In this document: one piece after another, positions 52,366 through 64,000 of the stretch
Layout of the letters: the number at the start of each line of letters is the position of its first letter
Numbering within the stretch: the first letter of the stretch is position 1
NCBI RefSeq assembly: GCF_009914755.1
Contig: NC_060926.1
Source: the human T2T-CHM13v2.0 reference genome, Homo sapiens
DNA length: 64,000 nt
Direction: 5' to 3' (one strand)
Position numbers and translations under genes: made by a program
Notes under the pieces: model-generated
What the model was told of the DNA's origin: nothing
Database searches by the model: none
What the model saw: only the letters and a program-made list of their open reading frames with translations

Positions 52366-54099
52366 TGACTGCCCAGTTCCACCACCCTGTGAGCCCATGA
52401 GTGAGCTCACTGCACTTGTTATAGACATCCTACCACCAGCAGCCTGATTTTGCTGAGTCCGTAGCTTACAACTCCAATCTCATGGCCCTGCCTTTCACCT
52501 CACTTGCTGCCTTAAAAACCTGCAGACTGAGGTGGCGTAGAAGCTGTGACATCCCAGTACCCAGAAGTTCATCTCACACCCAGATCTTGGTTTCTAAATG
52601 TCATTCTCTACTAAAAGGGACCAGGGCTGGTACAGGAGAAGAGCAAGAGCTTGGAATATCTTATACCTGAGAGTAAGGAAGTGCTCAGAGAATCACAGGA
52701 GCACGTTAAAAGGACATAGAAGTCAGTTTAATGAGACTGCTTCTGGCCAAAGTTGGAACACATCAAACATTAAAACAATGATGGTAATGGATTAGATTCC
52801 ATAGAATAAAATCCTTGAGGACATAGTTATATAAACATAACTGAGGAAGAAGGAAAAGCTCTCCCTAACAGAATAATACAACTAGTAAATGGGAAAGGAA
52901 AGGAGTTAGGAATTCACGCTGGGTATTGAAACTAGTGGGTGAAAGCTCAATGAATCGGATTCTTAGTCTCAATGTCTCTCCTCTCAATTTAGTAATTATA
53001 GTGGAGTAATCATGACTTTACAGTGGAGAAACCTGGCCAACACTACCTTCACAACACTAACAAAAACCTTGCAGACCTGCAGCCTAAGCTCCCAGAAGTC
53101 ACCTGCTGAAATGCCTTCAAAGAGTGACCTCTCTGCGTGTAGTGCTCAGCAACTTGGGCTCAGTGTCTATTTCCACAAGCTACAAACCAGAATACAGTGG
53201 AATTCAGCCCATATGTGGTAATTTATCTACCAATCAAGGACCTTTGACTCCAAAAATTACCTTTTTTGTACAAGTGACTACCTGGTGTAGAGCTCAGACA
53301 TGGCTTTGAATTTTTGCCATGCTGTGTGAGCTCAGGCAAGCTGCTTCACCTCTTTGAGCTTCAATCTTTTATCTATAAAATGGGAATAACAATAACTTAA
53401 TGAAACAGCAATTCCAGTGTTAGGTATTTCCTCAGGAGAAATGAAAACACGTTCACACAAATAATTGTACATGTATGTTTCTACACGCTTTATTCATAAT
53501 AGTCATAAACAACCTAAATATTCATCAACTGGTTAGCAGAGAAAAGAGCAAACCACTGATGACATGAACGAATTTCAGAAGCACTGTGCTCAGTGAAAGA
53601 AGCCAGACAAAAATTACATCTTACATAAATTTCATTTATATGAAATTCTAGTGAAGGCAAAACATATAGCCAGGGGCCAAGAGGGGAGGATGGTCTGCAA
53701 AGAGGCAGGAACTTCTTCCTGGGGTGATGGGAATATTCTGTGTCATGAACATCGTGATTGTGGTTACAAGACTATACTTTTGTCAAAACTCATCAAATTG
53801 TACACCTAAAATGGATGCATTAAGCCTCAATACAGCCAATAAAAGATACCTACGTTACAGTATCTTCTGAGGAGTAATGGGGTGATATATATGCAGCCCC
53901 AAGTTCAGTGCCTGTGGTGAGAGGAGTCCTAAAATAGTACCTGTGACCACGCCCCACGGTCTTAGACCTGGGCAGGGCAACTGTGCAGACAGCAGGCCCA
54001 GCCAGGAAGCAAGCTGGCAAGGCGTTCTGCAGCGAAGGTGAGTACCAGTGATGCAAGGTGGAATAAGAAAAGTGCCCTTTGGAGGAGTCACTTATGAGG

Positions 54100-54900
54100 G
54101 GAATGGGGAGCAGGGCAGCAGAGGCCCCTCTGCTGCTGGGAACCGGGCGCACTCCCGCCAGTCGCAGGAGCTGGCTCCACCCGCCCCTTCTGATCCAGTG
54201 TCCCGCAGTCCTGCCCGCTTCACCGCCCTCGCCTAGCCCCCGCGGGTGGTAAAAGTCCAGCCCGGCGGAGCGCCCCTGCCTCCTTCCACGCCCCTGGCCT
54301 GCCCTGCGCAGCTACGCCCAGCCCGCGTCCATCCCGGACCATTCTGTTGAAGGCAGTCCCCTGGCACGCAGGGCTGGGAGCTCTTAGCTGAGGATGGAAC
54401 CGACTGCACCAGGAGCCGCTGGGAAGAAGGCCGAGGGGCGCAGAGGAGAGGCAAGGAAAAAACAGCAGCCCAAGAATCGGGCCTCCCTGTTACAGCAGGA
54501 GTCGCATCTATTTATATATGTTATGTCTTATTGCTCAGCAACCAGCTCTCGGCCGGGGCGTGGGCCGGGAAGAGGGGTCTCCTGGTGCAGCGGGTTGGCG
54601 TGACTCATCACCGCCGCGCACTCTGGCCTCTGGGCCTAGGTTAACAGACTCCCGGGTTTCAGGCTGGGCCCAGGCGGCCAGGCCCTCCCTGCTGAGGAAT
54701 CTGGGTTGGGGCAGTGCCAGCTCCCTGCTTCTCACCTGGCCACAGAAGGGGTAGCGGGAGGAGCGTGGGTTCATGGAGGCAGGTGGACCACCCCTTGGCT
54801 CCTGGCTCTGCCACCTGTCCACTGTGTAGCCCTGGGCGAGTCACAGCCTCTGACATCAGCCTGCTTATACTGTAAAAGGAGTGTGAGATCATGTTGGAGG
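54100..54900. promoter_or_regulatory. CpG-rich enhancer/promoter-like element
   Basis: Locally retained CpGs; AP-1 TGACTCA 54601-54607; CTATTTATAT (MEF2-like, or minus-strand TATA) ~54508. Confidence 0.55.
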
Positions 54901-57109
54901 AGACACTACAGTGAAATCTAAATACATTTTAACTCTTCACACACCCTCTCCCATGCATTTGACAGCAAGGAAACTGCAGCCCGGGGCAAAGTTGACTCAC
55001 TTCCCAAAGCCAACTAATTTGTACTTAGAAGAGGCAGGATTTGAACCGGGGCCTCTGTGGTTTAGAGCCCTGTGTATCTTATCACTGTAACGCCTACCTC
55101 ATGCCCTCAAAATGCCTACCCATCCGAGGGGTGCAGAACTTGTGGGTTCCTGGGCTCACCCGATGGGATTCTCTAGGGGCAGCCCCTGCAAGGGTGGGGA
55201 AATACAGAATTCTCTCTGGTGTCAGGGTCGTGTGTCTCAGTCAGAAAAGCCCTGCCCCGGATGGTCTCAGGAATGAGGTGCAGCTGCCTGCCCACCTCAG
55301 CCTGCCTTCCCTTGCTATCAGCCGTTCACTTGAGATGCTAACCCCCTGTTATATACCTGAGTCACCTAACAGGATGTCTTCCAAGCACTGCACAGTGTCA
55401 GGTTTTGATTACCAGCTTCCTTATGGCTACAGAAATCCCTTGTTTGAGTCAATGTGGTGGATCTAGATCTGGCCGTGTCACTCCTCTACTCACAGCATTT
55501 GCTTACAGGGCTAAATTTAAACTCCAGTTTGTGGCAAGTACAGAAGGCCTCCATCATGTGGCCTCTGCATCCCCAGCTCTCCTTGTCATTGTCATCAGCC
55601 ACTCTTCTCCAGCCCCCAAATTCTCAGGAGCTCCTTGGGCCCTCCCATCCTGCAGGCCTGCAGGCCTCCACGCCAAGCTCTCCTAAGACGCTCCTGGCCT
55701 TACCAGGCTGGCATGAGCCTTCCTTCTCCAACAGTGGCAGAGCACTGTGCCAGGAGGTTCTCAGAGCTTGTTACAACTCAAGGAGGCAGGTCCCACCCCC
55801 TTTTATGGGGAAGGAAACTGAAGCTCAGGAAGGTAACCTTCCAAAGGTCACATTCCCGCTTGCCTCAGCACCTTCCCTGCCCACTCTGTGCACATCTCCA
55901 TTACTGCCAGGTCCTGCCCAGGTATGGCTGTTTGTATGTCTGTCTCTCTAGGTGACTGATGGCCCTTCCCCTTGCATGCGTGCTCTCCCACTACTACTAT
56001 CTAAGGACATTTGCTGAGTAAGTGGATGGATGAACAGATTATGGACAAAACATTTATTTAAAAGAGCTTAAGGCCTCCATAATCAGGAATTTGGGGCTTT
56101 TGAATAAGGGCAGGAAAACTCTGGTTTAAGACCCATAGGCTAATTTCATCCAGCTCTTGACACTTAAATTAAAAGTCTACCCTTATTATTCAGACCTGTT
56201 TCTCTCCATAGCTATAAAAATGTAGCATGGTTTGACAGGCCCTTAGTAAATGCATCCTGGAGAGCTGCAGCCTTTGGGCACTCATTTCCCTTTTTAGGGC
56301 CTCAGTTTCCCATTTGCACAATAAGAGTATGGCAAACTAGCAGGAAATAACCTGCATAGAATAGAAAATTGAATGTGTCACACATAACAAGAGTGAATAC
56401 TGTGCTATAAAATTTTAGGTTGAATGTGTGTCTGTATGGTAGGTCATGGTATAAAATAGACTTTTTCTTTGCTGTGGGTGGCAATCAGGAGAGTTTGAAA
56501 GCCCCAGCCTAAGATGGTCTCTGCAGCCCCTCTGGCTCTGAGCCTTAAGGATGTCATGATCCGGCCCTGGAGTGCAGCTGGATCCCTGCACAAAGACCCA
56601 CCGCACCAGTGCGCGTGGCACAGTGAGAGCCCATGTTATTTGACAGTCCATCTGCGTCCACTCCACTGTTCTTCAATTGGAGAAAAGGAAACAAAAATTT
56701 TAGACATTGTTAAAAAAAAATAGAAAAGTAGACCTTTTCTGCTTTTATTATTTAATGTTTAAAGTATTAATAATAGATGCCTATGATTTTTAAAAAGTAA
56801 AAGTTTTTCCTCTCCCTCCCAACTGCAGCCTCCAGGTGTACACCCTAGAGGCAAGCTCTGCCAGTGCTGAATCCACAAGCCGTGCTCCCCACAGGGGCTC
56901 CCAGCCAAGGACTGAGAGGCCAAGCTGCCCTCCCTCTCAGAGTCTGTCTGTCCCTCTGCCCCTCACCTGGACCCTGCAGTCTGACCCCTCCTTCCCACAC
57001 TGTCCCGCCTGTCAGCACAGTTCTGCAGTTTCATTTGACCAAGTTAAATCTGACTGGTGCCCAGATCTCACTTTCTCAATATCATCCTCCAGCAAAACAA
57101 GTCAGGGTT

Positions 57110-57930
57110 CTTAGAGAAACAATTGATTCCACGGCTGAGACAGGGAGAATACCAGATGAGCCTGGAGCATCTTGTGCCAGAATGTAAGGAAGGGATCAAA
57201 GAAGGATGGGGCATGTCCAAGGACATAGGAGCACGTAGGAGCCAACTAAGGAGCTCCCAGTATCGGGTACAGATCCCAAATCTGGTACAATTTGAGTAAA
57301 AATAATTGCAATGAATTATAACCCATAGAATAAGAGAAACATCCAAGAGTTCATACAGATATAAAAATAATGGAATAAATACACATGGAGGAAAGAGTTC
57401 TTTTTTACAGTAGAATTCCAATCAATAAATACAGAAAGAGTGATATACAAAGAAAATCACCATTTGCTAAAAACTATGGTAATAACTGTTGCAGCCAGGA
57501 ATCATCAACCGATGCTAAAATGAGTAGGCAAAAATATGATGAGAAACAGGATATTTACATACTCATAAAGCATCTCCCCCACAGGACATTTATTAATTAC
57601 AAAGGGAAAATAGCAACTTTCCAGTGGAGAAACTTCAGAGACACCACTTTAACCAAGTGATCCAAGCTACCATGACCAGTAATGAGACATATTATCACCC
57701 CGCCCTTGACAGTGTCCTGAGAGGCGCACAGCATCACTTCTTTGGCATTTGTGCCAAAAATGCATATCCTCAATCTAATACTGAGAAAACATCAGACAAA
57801 TCCAAAGTGAGAAATGTCCTATAAAATAGCTGGCCAGTGTCACAGCGACAAGGAAAGACGGGGGAACTGCCCCACATGGGAGGAGACAAGTGCCATGTTG
57901 GATTCTGAATGGGATCCTGGACTGGAAACA
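57110..57930 (+). mobile_element. L1MC/MD-type 3' UTR fragment
   Basis: Same motifs as 3390-4730. Confidence 0.7.
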
Positions 57931-59332
57931 GGACATCAGTGGGACCCAGGGGGCAATGGCAGGGAGAGGTGCGGGACCCAGCTGGGACATCTGCTTTCGG
58001 GACTCTGCTTTCGTCCCCAGCGGCAATCAAAGATGCACCCCTCTGCCAACCACAGCAGTCTGTGATTAGATGTAATGGAGGCTTCAGGATCAGAATGATC
58101 CAGCAACCTGGCTCTGTTTCTCTCTGATTTCCTTAATCACATCCTCTTCTGGGGCTGTCTTTGTTGTCAGGCTGCCTCCTTCCTGATAGCCAAATGGTTC
58201 TTGAAGTTTCAGTTCCCATATCTGCTTGCCACTCTGGAGGAGAATGAGGGCTCTTCTGGTAGTTCTTTCCTTAAAGAACAGGAGCACGTTTCTTCCCCAG
58301 AAGTCTCCAAACTTATCCTCATATTTCACTGGGCTGAATTTGATTACAAACCCATTCCTGAAGTAAACCTTGGGCCAGGAAATGCCATGCACAAGTTGGC
58401 AAATGCAATGGGATCACTCTCTGAAAAATCAGCTTCCCAACCCCCACTCAGGAGCTGCAGGCAAGGGGCTGAGCATGGGTCAGCTTTCCCTGAAGCATGT
58501 GTAGACAGGCAGATACCTGAACAAAACTGGGGTGCTATTAGGAAGGAAGGGGAGAATGGAAGCTGGGTAGGCAACAGTGTCCACAACTCCAAGCAGTGTT
58601 CTCTTCTGTAATAATTGCCTTTCCTGGTGGAGTTTCCTGTGGACCAGGAGGATGCCTGCAGCAGGCACGGACTTTCTGTTTCTCCTGACGGCTGTATTTC
58701 TTACTCCCAGTGAGCCAAAGGGCACTTTCTTCTTTATACGGCAGGCTCTCAAGAGTTGATTTAGAACAAGCCAGATCAAATGTGGGGGCCCAGATAATGT
58801 CAGGTTTCTCTGTCCTGGAGAGAGGGATTCACAGTGGCAACCACCAGCTAGGAGATTTTTCAGGTCCCATGTCCTAGAGGAGGCTCCTCCAGGGCCTTCC
58901 AAGCCCCAGGATTCTGAGACCAAATAATGCCCAAAGGCCTACATAATTAAACACGTACACCCAACACATAAGCAATCTTATTTTTGCTGCTTTGTATTGT
59001 TCTCCAGCTACATTAGAATCTTCTCCAGGCCAGAGTCCAAGTCCCATCTTAATTACTCTTGGTTTTTGTTATATTTCCCCAGAAAGACCTTAAATGCTCT
59101 GGGGGATACGGACTGAAGAGGTGTTGAGAGGTAACTGCATACCTCTCACTTCTCAGGAACTGCCAGTTCCCTGGGCAGAATCAGGACCTGGGACAGACCT
59201 GCCTGCTGATGAGATGGCCCCACACCATCTGCAGGCCAGATTTGGTGCTGTGGACAATGTCGGAGGGGACAGTCTACAGGACAGCCAACGGCTTTCAAAA
59301 ATTCTGATATGATCAACTGGTGACACTACTCA

Positions 59333-59833
<501 letters not shown>

Positions 59834-60469
59834 TTTCAAGACCTAGATCAGAAATCAGCTCCTTGGCCAGGCATACTGGCTCATGCTTGAGCAAGGCAGG
59901 AGGATTGCTTGAGCCCAGGAATTTGAGACCAGCCTGGGCAATACTGTGTGACTTCATCTCAAAAAAAAAAAAAAAGGAAAAAAAATTATATATAAAATAA
60001 AGCATTCTGAGGCTTCATCCACTCCTCACTCCTCAGAGAAGTACTGAAGCTAGCTAGAGATTTCTGCAGGGTGTGGAATGGGGAGAAAGGCAGCGTGACT
60101 GTGTGTCACATTTGTTTCTGACACCTTTTTGTAGGTCTGAAATGCTTTTAAATAAACATTTTTAAGTAATATATACGTGACAAAAATTCAAACAGCAGCA
60201 AAGTACAGTGAAAAGTCCTCCCTCATCCCCAGTGCCCTCCCACCCCAGGTAATCACAGTTACCAGGATTCAATGCACATCCAAACACAAACAAACACAAA
60301 CCATGGTGTGTTTATTGCCCATGGAGGCTCTGTCTCAGGTCCCTGGGAATCATTGGGAGTTGTGGATCCCAGCACTTTGGGAGGCTGAGGCAGGAGGATC
60401 GCTTGAGCCCAGGAGTTTTTTGAGACCAGCTTGAACAACATAGTGAGACCCCATCTCTACAAAAAATTA

Positions 60470-60634
<165 letters not shown>

Positions 60635-61129
60635 TCAAGGAGGCTGAGAGCCAGGAAGCCTCTGGCCAGCAGGTGAGCAGGCCCTTTCCTGCTGCTGTGC
60701 ATTGTATTTAAGAGAAAAGACAGATACGTCTGATACCTTCAAAGGTGTTCTTCATACAGCAGGTTGCAACCTATTAATAGATCATAAAATCAGTTTAGTG
60801 TTTCATCATCATCATCAAAAACCACCACCAACAACAAAAAGACCCAGAACAGATAGTGTAAAGAGTGCATCCCTGCATTCCTGTATAGGGAGAAATATGG
60901 TTTTGTGGAACCTTGTTGCGATGTAAAGTGTACTTCTTAAGATAAATACAGGGTTGAGGTTTTTGAAATAAAGTTTGAACAGGACCACCTTAAGCCACAG
61001 TGTAGACTTTCCATAGGCCAAAACCTGGATCACCAAGACAGTGTGCCCCAGGCTGCAGGCCACACTCCTGGGAGCCTCAGGCAACCTTGTGCAGGCCTGA
61101 CTTCGAGACACTCTGAGCATGAGCTGGTT

Positions 61130-62000
61130 CCTGGGTAGCCTCCCCTCTACCTCTCCCCGCTTGCCCTCCCCCCCTCCTTCTGCTCCTGTCTCTCCTCATC
61201 CCCTCCCCGAGTTGCTGCCTCCTCCTCCTCCTCCCCCACCACCTCTCCCCGTCTCCGAGTTGCCTGCCCCGCCCCCTCCTCTTCCCCCTGCCCCTCTCCG
61301 CGTCCTTCCCGCCTTCCCCCTCCTCGTCTCCCCACTCCCCGCCCGCGCCGTCTGCGTCCCTCCCGGGCCCAGACGCGGCGCGGTCAGGGGGCGCTGACTC
61401 ACAGGCTGACTCAGCTGCAGGCGCGCTGCCAGGCGACGCAGCGGGCGGGTGGCCGGGCGCCGGCGGGCTCGCAGCCGGGCTGCTGGCAACGGTGCCGGCG
61501 GAGGTGGGGGCGTGGCGCGGGATGGGCGGCGCGGGCCCTGCCGTGGTACCGCCTGGCAGCGTCCACCCCGCCGCTGGGGCGCCCTGGAGGCTCCTGGCCC
61601 TCCGTGGGGCCGTGACACCGGCGCTGCGGGGAGCGGTGGCCTCGCCAGAGGCTGGGCATGGGAGGACGGCCGCCCCGGGTAAAGGACAGGGCCCTGGAAA
61701 CGCGGGTCTGCCGGGAGCAGGGGACAGGAAGGAGACCGCGGCTCTCCCAGTCCTGCTGCCCCGGGCCTCCAGACGGCCAGACTCTCCCCACACCGGCCTG
61801 GAGGGGGACGCGCCGACCCCAGCTGGGAGGGGTGGCTGGCTGCGTAGATCCGTTTGGGCCGCCTGCCTGGAAAGGCCCAGGTCCGGGCCTCGTCCTCCTC
61901 TTCACACTCTCCCCCGATCTCCAACCACCTTCACCCTCGCCCCCACCACCACCACCCCCAGCTCCTCCTGGCCGCCTGCGGTCCAGCTGAGGCCCGCCTC
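61130..62000. promoter_or_regulatory. Second CpG island with tandem AP-1/ARE sites
   Basis: High CpG; C-rich tract 61139-61345; TGACTCA at 61395 and 61407. Confidence 0.85.
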
Positions 62001-62316
62001 CTCCAGGAAGTCTTCCTGGAGAGCCTGTCCTGGGTTAGGCCCGCCCAGAGCCACCTGGGGCGACTTATTTCATGGCACCTTCGACCTTGCTCTCTGTCTG
62101 TTTTGTGTCTGGCTTCATCACCAAACTGAGCCTCTTGGGGGCAGTGACCGGGTCTTAGGTCTTAGTTGGCCCTTAGGCGCTAGGGCTGAGAAGACTTAGG
62201 CGGACAGGAGATGAGACTGTGTATTCGACGACACACTTTAGAGATCCAGCCCGGAACACAGCCATACCAGATTTTAAAAAAAGCCAACATAATATAGCAT
62301 GTTAAAAATTATTGTA

Positions 62317-63960
<1,644 letters not shown>

Positions 63961-64000
63961 TTTTTGAACATTTCTGAGCACACTGGATGTCACTGTAAGT

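Noticed and set aside
61077-62199. 235-242 aa ORFs on both strands
   Set aside because: GC-driven, no recognisable domain.

Overview
Primate (human-like) genomic DNA, Alu-rich, with no supportable host protein-coding exon. A CpG-island promoter at ~40.5-41.6 kb drives a minus-strand gene with a non-coding first exon (~40732-41255). Bases 1-40731 are its long first intron, and a divergent plus-strand transcript is likely. From memory the layout fits MAP3K2/MAP3K2-DT upstream of PROC; this is unverified. The intron holds a full SVA (17-bp TSD, short 3' tag) and a two-LTR HERV-K(HML-5)/HERVK22 provirus (tRNA-Met PBS, 6-bp TSD, env deleted). It also holds two inverted, identically rearranged Tigger1 DNA-transposon derivatives 27 kb apart. 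The most striking observation is that the second Tigger1 copy contains the missing end of the first copy plus ~90 bp of its flanking DNA. Joining the two flanks at the TA target site rebuilds an uninterrupted L1 ORF1 reading frame, consistent with a fossil local hop or copy that captured flanking DNA. Other candidates are an AG|GTAAG recursive-splice-like site, an AUG-UGA start-stop element in exon 1, a Z-DNA/UG repeat abutting the first donor, and two upstream CpG-rich AP-1/ARE elements. I see no CRISPR array or novel protein system. Repeat subfamily calls are by eye and boundaries without a stated TSD are approximate.
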